Below, in pieces: positions 38,101 to 46,300 of a DNA stretch of 62,533 nucleotides. The first letter of the stretch is position 1. Every line of letters begins with the position of its first letter. Position numbers and translations under genes: made by a program. The notes beneath the pieces were generated by a model. It saw only the letters and a list, made by a program, of their open reading frames with translations. It was not told the DNA's origin and did not search any database. The stretch comes from an uncultured Candidatus Saccharibacteria bacterium (GTDB lineage Bacteria; Patescibacteriota; Saccharimonadia; Saccharimonadales; CAYVSP01), in NCBI GenBank assembly GCA_964584265.1, contig CAZOZI010000005.1, positions 1 to 62,533 on the forward strand, read 5' to 3'.

Positions 38101-41100
38101 CAGTGGCGTAACCTCTCTAGACGGCTTAACGGGCGTACTGACCATAAATAACTCTACTGGTTCAGGCAGCGCCATCACCATAGATAATGCTTCAACTAGC
38201 GCTAAAGGCATTGCTTCCTTTAACTCCACCAACTTTAATGTGACTAGCGGGGCAGTTAATACGATCCAAGATATAGCTACCACCTCAAGCCCAACTTTTG
38301 TGGCTCAGACCCTGACTGGTTCTGGCACTGGGTTGACCTTGAGCGGTGCTCCTAGTGCCAGCGCATCATCATCACTGTTAAACTTGGGTGGCGCCATTAG
38401 TGGCGGTAGCGCCAACGGCACATACATAGGCATTAATCCAGCCAGTAGTTCGGCCGATTTTCTCAACTTTCAAATCGCCAACTCTAGCAAACTGAAGGTA
38501 GCTAACACCGGAGCAATCTCGATAGGCGGGACTCAGTTCATTGATGGCTCCCGCAACCTATCTAATATCGGAACAATTGGTTCTGGTGCTATCACCTCAA
38601 CTTCTACCATTCAGGGTACATCAATTGACGGCACTACCGGCATTAATACTGGAGCCGCTGGAGGCACACAACGCATTAACTCCAGTGGTAACCTTGTTAA
38701 TATAGGTACAGTTACAACTTCTGGCGCCATAAACTCTCAAACCATATCAAGTGCAGCTAACTTTACTGGAACTGTGACAGTCCAAGGCGCCTCATCACTC
38801 ACCCTAGGTACGGCCACAACCAACACTGGCGCTATCCTCCTCAAAAATGCTTCTAACAGTAATACCCTAACACTACAAAGCGGAGCAACCGGTAGTAACT
38901 TAACACTTACACTGCCAACAGCAGACGGGATTAATGGGGATTGTTTGTTAACTAACGGATCTGGCGTGCTAAGCTTTGGAACATGTACTGGCGGTGGAGG
39001 GGGCAGCAGTGGCGTAACCTCTCTAGACGGCTTAACGGGCGTACTGACCATAAATAACTCTACTGGTTCAGGCAGCGCCATCACCATAGATAATGCTTCA
39101 ACTAGCGCTAAAGGCATTGCTTCCTTTAACTCCACCAACTTTAATGTGACTAGCGGGGCTGTAAATACCAAACAGGATATTGCTACCACCTCAAGCCCAA
39201 CTTTTGTGGCAACGACGCTTACTGGTTCTGGACCCAGCCTAGTTGTAAATGGTGCACCCACTGGTAATCCGTCCGGTGCTACCTCCTCACTTGTTCAACT
39301 AGGTAATGCGCTGTCTAATGGCAACAATGCCACTAACGGCGGTACTTATCTGGGCCTCAATGCTCCCTCCAGTGGTGCCGGCTCCGCGGCTGACTTTTTG
39401 AACTTCCAGGTGAACGGTGCTTACAAGCTAAAGGTTAATAATGCTGGGCTACTAGACGCAGTTGGCGGATTAGCTGTAAATGGTACAACAGTAGTTGACT
39501 CCAGCTTAGCCATCCAAAGTGGTGTCACTGCCAGCACCAACCTTTTGACTTCTGGTACACTCGGCGTTGCCAGAGGAGGAACGGGAGTTGCAAGTTATAC
39601 CATCGGTGATCTTCTTTATGCGAGTGGCTCAACAACTCTGTCCAAATTAGCGGACGTTGCTACCGGACAGATCTTGATTTCCGGCGGAGTTGGTGTAGCT
39701 CCAAGCTGGAGTGGCTCACCGACATTAAGTGGGGCGCTAACTATCCAAGGTACTAATGCTCTTACTCTAGGCACTGCCAGCACTAATACAGGGGCCATTC
39801 TATTTAAAGGTTCTGGAGGTACGGGTACACTGACTCTAAAAGGGCCAACTACACCAAATGCCGGGAACTTTACGCTAACCATTCCAGCCATAACCGGCAA
39901 TGCCAATGTATGTACTGATAATACCCCTATTTGTACTGGCTACGCGCCCTCCACCGGCGGTAACTATATTGCTAAAAACCTCCAAGATTCTTCGAGCGCC
40001 TCTGTTACCGCCAACTTGCTTGCCCTGAGCAATACCAATACCGGTGCTTTTTCAGGAGTGCTGAGCTTGACGGGTTTCGGGACTAACAACGCTCTATCGG
40101 TAGTACAATCTGCAAGCACCACCAGCGAGCCGGCTCTTGGAAAAGCTTTGATTGTAGCAAACAACAATACAACAACTCCCACAGGCAACCTGCTTGATTT
40201 GCAGAATAAAGGCACCAGCAAGTTTAGCGTTGATGTAGATGGCAGTGCAACGGCGTACGGCTCCTTATCCGTTCTAAATGGTATTAACGTTGGTCTAATA
40301 TCTTCAACGTCAACGATAACGATGGGGAATATCTATGTTCAAGGCGGTGACTTCGCGGGTACAAATATAACTGGAGCAGCTACAACTAATAACACCGTCT
40401 TTAATCTCGCGCTTCCAACCCTTGGCAACAACGCAACGTTCTGTACAAGCGATAATGCCTACTTATGCCCAAGTTACATTCAAAACCAAAGTGCATCCGC
40501 TCAATCATCGAACTTCAATATCGTAAGTACATCTCTTACAACGACTACAGCTACTATTAAGAGCCTAGCAATCGGTCTAAACGCCCAGACGTCTAATTTG
40601 CTTGATTTCCAGGGTAATAACGGCACTGTAAATGGCTCAATTTCTTCTACCGGGAACGAACTATTACTTGGAGGTAGCTTCGTTGATGGAAAACTAAGCT
40701 TAAGAAACGCTGGCGGTAGTGCTAGCTATGGTCATCTAAAGGTAGATGCCTTAACTACTGATCGGACCTACTTATTGCCTGATGAAACTGTCGGTAGTAA
40801 TACAATTTGTTTACAAAGTTCCTCAAGCTGCGGTTTTCTTACTAGCACCACCGGTATCCCCGACAGTACATCAATTGCCACTGAAAATATTTACATGACC
40901 AACGGAGGATCCACAAGCGATGTAACCTTAAGAATTCAAAGAAGCGCATCGCAAAGTGGCAATTTGTTGGAATTTTGTAGCACGTCAGGTTGTGGTAGCC
41001 CGATTGCTTCAGTAAATACTTCCGGTGGTGCTTCACTTTTCAGTCTCCAGGTGGCTAACAGTATTACCGGAAATACAATTAATGGCGCCACTATTTCCAC

Positions 41101-41863
41101 AAACAGCTTTGCTGGCGCAACCATAACAAGCTCAACCTTTAATAATCAAACCCTATCGGCCAATGCCTTAACTTTTTCTGGCACTCCGGTTATATCGCCA
41201 ACCTCCACAAGCAATGATATAACGCTACAATCCGGTGGTACTGGAGCTGTAAACATCGCCACCACTGGAACTGGGGCACTGACCATGGGCAGCACTATTC
41301 AAACAGGAATTGTAACACTTGATCAGTCTACCAAGAGTCACACTCTGAATATCGGAACAGGTGTTACTGAAAATGCAGCAACACTCACCATACACATTGG
41401 TGATGGTGGAGCCGCTGGCTCTACTACAAACATTACAATCGGTTCAGCTATTGCCGGAACTCTTACCGTCAAGAGTGCGGCAACGTTCAACAAAGCCTTA
41501 ACTGTCGGTGGACATATTATTGGCGCCAACACCTCAGGCTCAACGACAGTTGCAGCCAATACAGCGGTCTGCGGCACTGGCTGTACGGTAACTATCAGTG
41601 GCAACGACACATCGGGCTTAATAACCGTGAACACCGGTACTGGCGTGACGGCAGGTACTCTAGCGACCGTAACTTTCGCCTCAGATTATGGCGCGGCGCC
41701 AAGAGTTATACTAACCCCAGAGACAGTACCCGCTAGCTCTAACTTCCCGCAATACTACTACGGTGTCGGTACCCATACCTTTGACCTTAAGAGTTACAAT
41801 GCATTATCAGACTCTAAAACAGGCTCTAGCGCCTATACCTTTAGCTATCATATAATTCAGTAG
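35105..41863 (+). CDS. Giant 2252-aa Gly/Ser/Thr-rich membrane-anchored surface protein
   Basis: Single TM near aa 133-158; repeated AKFTG...STITDDGTNV and LP...C-x5/7-C modules; no stop in 6.76 kb. Confidence 0.85.
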   Translation: MDQESAQAQKTYRGTMPIPVLMHDGNGQSVPVSKPDAVFAGPGAAALSSLDPSSGISQVNTVTDPVISSVDASFAQIPNNPLAQSSITGVATGQPTTMPSTTTTGTDLEGTPDYTLQATEPNEVLKPKRKIPWRLVAATAALVLVLGGFASALLLGVGRNGARTDNTNGLISQSSGLLSLDQNQLLTVNGQLVVKQNTDLQTVTAHGLATLLQGAVITGNVQVNGSVSQNGNPVCDQSNNCGYLTGNSGVSGFNGLTGAVTLQGTANQVSVSTAGSSVTLTTPQDIATTSSPSFAGARLSGANALTLGSSGNSNGAILFKNATNNSTLTLQSGVVPSDVTFTLPTTDGSNGSCLQTNGSGALSFQACTGGPGGGVTSLTGTAHQISVSSPTGNVTLSLPQDIDAASSPTFNGLTVSGSVLSNNFVEALAGTDLNVNAGSDNIIFTANGITFNLPNSGPSSQTICTTGITCVSGGGQAVVLAPGAAQTDTSTDTSIQIDKTGASGNLLGLTVNGGQRLTLDYSGNQTLSGDLAINGGDITSSVPLTINGGGTLTLSNAVSALSTLTVGSTATIQGSSITIGNSSQAGSLILNDGASNTATISPATLGQSTVYTLPDPGGASDIICLQTFANCSGSGGLSGSGTNNKVAKFTGVSTLADSTITDDGTNVSLSGDLAINGGDITSSVPLTINGGGTLTLSNAVSALSTLTVGSTATIQGSSITIGNSSQAGSLILNDGASNTATISPATLGQSTVYTLPDPGGASASICLTTGNCAGSGTGVTTVGGSANRIAKFTGSQAIGDSTITDDGTNVSLTGDLTVQGGDAYLGTASSANGIIHLQNSTNALTLNLSAPNQTGGNATVSVPNTSGVNDTFCLATLANCAGGSGVSGSGTTNRVAKFTGSTAVGNSTITDDGTNVSLTGALTVQGASSLTLGTATTNTGAILLKNASNSNTLTLQSGATGSNLTLTLPTADGINGDCLLTNGSGVLSFGTCTGGGGGSSGVTSLDGLTGVLTINNSTGSGSAITIDNASTSAKGIASFNSTNFNVTSGAVNTIQDIATTSSPTFVAQTLTGSGTGLTLSGAPSASASSSLLNLGGAISGGSANGTYIGINPASSSADFLNFQIANSSKLKVANTGAISIGGTQFIDGSRNLSNIGTIGSGAITSTSTIQGTSIDGTTGINTGAAGGTQRINSSGNLVNIGTVTTSGAINSQTISSAANFTGTVTVQGASSLTLGTATTNTGAILLKNASNSNTLTLQSGATGSNLTLTLPTADGINGDCLLTNGSGVLSFGTCTGGGGGSSGVTSLDGLTGVLTINNSTGSGSAITIDNASTSAKGIASFNSTNFNVTSGAVNTKQDIATTSSPTFVATTLTGSGPSLVVNGAPTGNPSGATSSLVQLGNALSNGNNATNGGTYLGLNAPSSGAGSAADFLNFQVNGAYKLKVNNAGLLDAVGGLAVNGTTVVDSSLAIQSGVTASTNLLTSGTLGVARGGTGVASYTIGDLLYASGSTTLSKLADVATGQILISGGVGVAPSWSGSPTLSGALTIQGTNALTLGTASTNTGAILFKGSGGTGTLTLKGPTTPNAGNFTLTIPAITGNANVCTDNTPICTGYAPSTGGNYIAKNLQDSSSASVTANLLALSNTNTGAFSGVLSLTGFGTNNALSVVQSASTTSEPALGKALIVANNNTTTPTGNLLDLQNKGTSKFSVDVDGSATAYGSLSVLNGINVGLISSTSTITMGNIYVQGGDFAGTNITGAATTNNTVFNLALPTLGNNATFCTSDNAYLCPSYIQNQSASAQSSNFNIVSTSLTTTTATIKSLAIGLNAQTSNLLDFQGNNGTVNGSISSTGNELLLGGSFVDGKLSLRNAGGSASYGHLKVDALTTDRTYLLPDETVGSNTICLQSSSSCGFLTSTTGIPDSTSIATENIYMTNGGSTSDVTLRIQRSASQSGNLLEFCSTSGCGSPIASVNTSGGASLFSLQVANSITGNTINGATISTNSFAGATITSSTFNNQTLSANALTFSGTPVISPTSTSNDITLQSGGTGAVNIATTGTGALTMGSTIQTGIVTLDQSTKSHTLNIGTGVTENAATLTIHIGDGGAAGSTTNITIGSAIAGTLTVKSAATFNKALTVGGHIIGANTSGSTTVAANTAVCGTGCTVTISGNDTSGLITVNTGTGVTAGTLATVTFASDYGAAPRVILTPETVPASSNFPQYYYGVGTHTFDLKSYNALSDSKTGSSAYTFSYHIIQ
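36689..37387 (+). repeat. Exact 273-bp direct repeat (36689-36961 and 37115-37387)
   Basis: Identical by eye; in-frame offset 426 bp. Confidence 0.9.
37871..39159 (+). repeat. Exact 383-bp direct repeat (37871-38253 and 38777-39159)
   Basis: Identical by eye; in-frame offset 906 bp; a further 29-bp match follows. Confidence 0.9.
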
Positions 41864-41881
41864 GAGGTGTATAGTAAAAGT

Positions 41882-42190
41882 ATGAGAGTGGTGCTGCTGT
41901 ATCGGCCAAAGTCGGAATTTGCACGAGGTGTTGAGGAATTTGTACACGAATATGAACGGCGCGATGCCTCTAGGCACATAGAGCTACTTGATTATGACAG
42001 TCGGGAAGGCCAAAATCTGGCCGGCCTATATGAAATTTACCAACATCCAGCACTACTTGTTCTAGCAGATGATGGCAAAGTTATCCAAATGTGGATGGGG
42101 CCGCAACTGCCGCTTATGGACGAACTAGCCGCTTACGCTAGTAGTGGTGGCAATATGTTTCTTGCAGAGGCTACCGCTAGTACGCTATAG
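41882..42190 (+). CDS. Small hypothetical protein, possibly thioredoxin-like fold without CxxC
   Basis: MRVVLLYRPKSE...YEIYQHPALLVLADDG; TATAGT 6 nt before ATG 41882. Confidence 0.65.
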   Translation: MRVVLLYRPKSEFARGVEEFVHEYERRDASRHIELLDYDSREGQNLAGLYEIYQHPALLVLADDGKVIQMWMGPQLPLMDELAAYASSGGNMFLAEATASTL

Positions 42191-42200
42191 TTAGTTTAAT

Positions 42201-42536
42201 CCGTTTAAGCAGCTATCAACTGCGAAGGAGTGGGAAGAACATTGACATTTTGCGTTATCGGCCTTGCGCTTGGATGCGATACAAGGAAGAAACGAGTAGC
42301 TGAATGAGGCGTACAGATTAGTACGTTGAACGAGCAACGGAGTTTCTGACGAAGTAGTGCGCCAAGAATGCCAGCGGAGTTTCAGCTCTGCTGAAAACAG
42401 GCTGGCATGGCGCAAGTGTCGATAAGTAGAACTCACCGGGTAAGCCCGTAAAAGCAGTAATTAAGTCCCAAGTAGGATGGCACCGCGTGATTCACGCTCC
42501 TACGCTAGAGGGACTTTTTGTTTTAGAAGGAGACAA
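42201..42536 (+). ncRNA. T-box riboswitch (Ile, AUC specifier; ultrashort Stem I, probably translational)
   Basis: gcag-ctATCaa-ctgc (42209-23); Stem II gagt...gaagaac / agtagaactc; cggg-taag-cccg Stem IIA (42437-48); gtagga-TGGCACC-gcgt-gattc-acgc-tcctac (42472-42503); ctcct can pair with SD aggag (42528-32). Confidence 0.85.
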
Positions 42537-45443
42537 GTGAAATTCAAGCAAGGCACACGGCGCAAGCCAATCGAATACGAGAAAGATCTCGTTAGACACT
42601 GGAAGGAAAATAAAACCTTTGAGAAGTCTGTTGAAATGCGTCCCAAAGACAATGCCTACGTGTTTTACGATGGGCCGCCATTTATTACCGGTGTGCCACA
42701 TCATGGTACGCTGCTCAGTTCTGTGGTTAAAGACGCTGTACCTCGCTATTGGACCATGAAAGGCAAGCGGGTAGAGCGGGTATGGGGCTGGGACTGTCAT
42801 GGCTTGCCGGCAGAGATTTATACCGAGAAAAAGCTTGGCATTAAAGATAGAAGAGAAATTGGTACTAAAATTAGCCTAGAAGATTACATCAAGGCCTGTC
42901 GGGCTAACATGGTACAGACTGGTAGTGAATGGGAAGATACCATTGACCGAATCGGTCGCTGGGTCAATTTTAGAGGCGCTTACAAGACCATGGACAAAGA
43001 GTACATGGAATCCGTCTGGTGGGCTTTTAAGAAACTTTATGACGCCGGTAAGATCTACGAAGGTGAAAAGGTATTACTTTATTGTACGCGCGATGCTACA
43101 CCGCTCTCTAAAGCCGAAGTGGCTATGGATAATAGCTATCAGGATGATACGGATCCGAGTGTGTACGTTAAGTTTAAGCTCAAAGGCGAGAGTACATATC
43201 TCTTAGCTTGGACGACGACACCTTGGACGCTGTTATCCAACACTGCTATAGCGGTAAACAAAGATATTACTTATATTGAAGTCGAGCTTGATGGTGAGCA
43301 CATGATCATTGCGAAAGACCTAGCCAAACGAGTCTTAACAGATGAAAAGCACCAAGAGCTTAACTACAAGGTAGTACGGACGTTTAAAGGCGAGGAACTC
43401 GTCGGCAAAGATTATGAACCACTGTTTAACGACCGTGGCAAGAATGCTCACAAAGTCTGGCATGCACCATTTGTTCATACAGAGGAAGGTACAGGCATTG
43501 CTCATGAATCACCGGCATACGGTGAAGATGACTATGAGCTTGCTAAAAAGAACAAGGTTCCGATAGTTCTTGATACAGATGAGGAGGGTTTTTACACTGA
43601 AGGTGAGTGGAAAGGCCAGCTTGTTTGGGATGTTAATAAGGATATCGCCAAGGCACTACATGAGCGCGGCGTTGTCTGGAAGATAGAATATATAACTCAT
43701 TCCTATCCACATTGCCATCGCTGTGGCACCAGGCTCATGTATCGGGCTCACCCTAGTTGGTTTATGGATATCGATGGACAACGCAAAGAAATGCTGGAGC
43801 AAAATGCCAATATAAATTGGTTTCCAGAGCATATTAAGCACGGGCGCTTTGAGAAAACAGTCGAGAGTGCACCAGATTGGAACTTATCGCGTGATCGTTT
43901 TTGGGCAACAGCTATGCCTGTTTGGAAGGGTATCGATAAGCACGGCAAAGAGCACATCAAAGTTATCGGCAGCTACGCTGAGCTTAAAGAACTATCCGGT
44001 AAGGAGTTAGAAGACTATCATCGTCCATGGATAGATGATGTTACATTTACAATAGAAGGTGTCAAATATAAGAGAGTGGATAAAGTAATGGACTCTTGGT
44101 TTGAAGCCGGCAGCATGCCATTTGCCCAATTCCACTATCCCTTCGAAAATACTGAAAAATTTGAAGAGAATTTCCCTGGTGACTTCATTGCTGAGTACGT
44201 AGGACAGGTAAGAGCCTGGTTTTATTATCTGCACGGGGTTTCAGTCGGTCTTATGGGCAAAAACTCTTTTAAAAATGTCATTGTGACGGGTACTATAGTC
44301 GGCAACGACGGTCGCAAGATGAGCAAGAGCTATGGTAATTATACTGATCCCAATGAACTGGTGGACATGTATAGTGCTGATGCGCTGCGTCTTCTGTATC
44401 TTAGTTCACCCGTGTTAAACGGTGAAGATTTCGCTCTAAAAGACAAAGATGTTGCCGACATCAACCGTAAATTATCTATGGTCTGGAATATGTATGATTT
44501 CTTTACGATGTACGCTGAAGTTGATGGCTGGCATTGGAATGGAAAACTGGAGGATCCAATTGAAGAAGGAAGCAATCTGTTAGATCAATGGATTGTTTCC
44601 CGAGTACATCAGCTTATAGAAGAAATTGACGCTAACATGCAGCTTTATGATATTCCAAACGCTCTCAAACCAGTTCTGCCATTTATCGATGATGCCAGTA
44701 ACTGGTATGTACGCCGCTCGCGGCGACGTTTTTGGAAATCTGGGGATGATACTGATAAGCAAGCTGCTTACCGAACGCTACACTACGTTTTGGTGCGTCT
44801 AAGTCAAGCATTAGCACCGTTTACGCCATTTATGGCCGAAGAGATTTTCTTGAAACTTACAGGCGGGGAGATGGGTGAAAGTGTACATTTGCTAGATTGG
44901 CCAGAAGTCGGCCACGTCAATGAGCAAGTACTTGAAAAGATGGCAGTGGTAAGGAGAGTTATCACCGAAGGCCTGTCGCAACGAGCCGAAGCCGGAATTA
45001 AGGTACGCCAGCCACTTGCTTCTATAGAAGCACCAGAATTTGACGATGAATTGCTAGGAATCATAAAGGAAGAGCTAAATGTTAAAGAAGTCTCCCCCTC
45101 AGTTTCACCCAGTCCATCACCGAGCGCAGAAGCCAGCGATAAGGAGATAATCAAGCTCGATACGAAGATTACCTCAGAGCTTAAACGAGAAGGGTTAATG
45201 AGGGAAGTGGTGCGGCAGGTGCAAAGTGCTCGCAAAACCGCTGGATTGAATGTTGATGACCGTATTTTATTGGTACTTGTAACAGACAACAAAGAGTTAG
45301 AAAAAGCCATCCGAGAGCATATAGATATTATCAAACAAGAAACATTAGCCACTCATCTTACTGGAGAAGGCAACAGCAACTATAAAGCAGAAGTAAAAAT
45401 CGAGAACCAAAATCTTACAATTGGCCTAAGTAAAGCTTCCTAA
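42537..45443 (+). CDS. ileS: Isoleucyl-tRNA synthetase (likely type 2)
   Basis: DGPPFITGVPHHG, GWDCHGLP, WTTTPWT, KMSKS; GTG start 42537 after AAGGAG. Confidence 0.95.
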   Translation: MKFKQGTRRKPIEYEKDLVRHWKENKTFEKSVEMRPKDNAYVFYDGPPFITGVPHHGTLLSSVVKDAVPRYWTMKGKRVERVWGWDCHGLPAEIYTEKKLGIKDRREIGTKISLEDYIKACRANMVQTGSEWEDTIDRIGRWVNFRGAYKTMDKEYMESVWWAFKKLYDAGKIYEGEKVLLYCTRDATPLSKAEVAMDNSYQDDTDPSVYVKFKLKGESTYLLAWTTTPWTLLSNTAIAVNKDITYIEVELDGEHMIIAKDLAKRVLTDEKHQELNYKVVRTFKGEELVGKDYEPLFNDRGKNAHKVWHAPFVHTEEGTGIAHESPAYGEDDYELAKKNKVPIVLDTDEEGFYTEGEWKGQLVWDVNKDIAKALHERGVVWKIEYITHSYPHCHRCGTRLMYRAHPSWFMDIDGQRKEMLEQNANINWFPEHIKHGRFEKTVESAPDWNLSRDRFWATAMPVWKGIDKHGKEHIKVIGSYAELKELSGKELEDYHRPWIDDVTFTIEGVKYKRVDKVMDSWFEAGSMPFAQFHYPFENTEKFEENFPGDFIAEYVGQVRAWFYYLHGVSVGLMGKNSFKNVIVTGTIVGNDGRKMSKSYGNYTDPNELVDMYSADALRLLYLSSPVLNGEDFALKDKDVADINRKLSMVWNMYDFFTMYAEVDGWHWNGKLEDPIEEGSNLLDQWIVSRVHQLIEEIDANMQLYDIPNALKPVLPFIDDASNWYVRRSRRRFWKSGDDTDKQAAYRTLHYVLVRLSQALAPFTPFMAEEIFLKLTGGEMGESVHLLDWPEVGHVNEQVLEKMAVVRRVITEGLSQRAEAGIKVRQPLASIEAPEFDDELLGIIKEELNVKEVSPSVSPSPSPSAEASDKEIIKLDTKITSELKREGLMREVVRQVQSARKTAGLNVDDRILLVLVTDNKELEKAIREHIDIIKQETLATHLTGEGNSNYKAEVKIENQNLTIGLSKAS

Positions 45444-45448
45444 CACCT

Positions 45449-45477
45449 TTGACACCCCACCCTATCTCTGGTAGACT
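45449..45477 (+). promoter_or_regulatory. Sigma70 promoter of rplU
   Basis: TTGACA, 17 bp, TAGACT. Confidence 0.7.
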
Positions 45478-45490
45478 CTGTCGGTAACTC

Positions 45491-45799
45491 ATGAAAAAAG
45501 CAGTCATTACTACCGGTTCTAAACAGTACGTTGTATCATCTGGCGACACTTTGCAAGTTGAAACACTTAAAAATCCTGGTAAAACGGTTACCTTTGAACC
45601 TTTACTGGTTATAGATGGAGAAAATATTAGCGTTGGCAAACCGCTTGTTGAAGGTGTTAAAGTAACAGCCGAAGTTACGAATCCTGACATGAGAGACGAC
45701 AAAGTGGTTTCTATTCGTTACAAAGCAAAAAAGCGTGTCCACACTGTGCGCGGGCACAGGCAACACTTGAGCGAACTAAAGATTACTAAAATTGGCTAG
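45491..45799 (+). CDS. rplU: 50S ribosomal protein L21
   Basis: AVITTGSKQYVV...GKPLVEG...GHRQ; not followed by rpmA. Confidence 0.93.
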   Translation: MKKAVITTGSKQYVVSSGDTLQVETLKNPGKTVTFEPLLVIDGENISVGKPLVEGVKVTAEVTNPDMRDDKVVSIRYKAKKRVHTVRGHRQHLSELKITKIG

Positions 45800-45804
45800 T
45801 CTTT

Positions 45805-46290
45805 TTATTTAACAGTAATAGTTGCCTGGAACTTACTGGGGTTTAGCTCATCATGGTAAGTAAACGTGCCAGTTTTTTCAGGTACTAATGTAAAGCTTTC
45901 GTTTTTAGCTAACTCTGGGCTAACAAGTTCAGGGTAGGTTGTGTGCGAAGGATAAGGATCAGCTGCAACCTCATGGGCAGCGCTATCCGTATTGGTCCAG
46001 GTAACTTGCTGGCAACGACTGACTTCTATATCCGCTGGTACAAAGCCATCTTTAGTGATGCTGACTTGCGCAGGCGTCAGGTTAGAAGTTTCTTTCACGC
46101 AACCGGCTGCTTGAGTTTGGACGCTTGATGGCGCAGTTTGCTTATTATTTCTTGATCTAGTTAGCATTACAAGTACTCCGCCAAAGATAACTAGTAAAAC
46201 CAAAAACCCGCGTAAAATTAACCAACGTTTTTTAGAAGTGCGTTGTGGTTCTGTCTTTGGTGGTGAGGTTTGGGGTATGTCAGGGTCCAT
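45805..46290 (-). CDS. Membrane-anchored cupredoxin-like protein
   Basis: TM, then GFVPADIEV...VTWTN.D...H...GTFTYHDELNP (canonical Cu-ligand Cys absent). Confidence 0.75.
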   Translation of the reverse strand: MDPDIPQTSPPKTEPQRTSKKRWLILRGFLVLLVIFGGVLVMLTRSRNNKQTAPSSVQTQAAGCVKETSNLTPAQVSITKDGFVPADIEVSRCQQVTWTNTDSAAHEVAADPYPSHTTYPELVSPELAKNESFTLVPEKTGTFTYHDELNPSKFQATITVK

Positions 46291-46300
46291 AATTGCTTCC

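Noticed and set aside
42191-42436. 81-aa minus-strand ORF, and the ATG 42477 extension of ileS
   Set aside because: Both overlap the T-box RNA; ileS has a better GTG start at 42537 with an SD.
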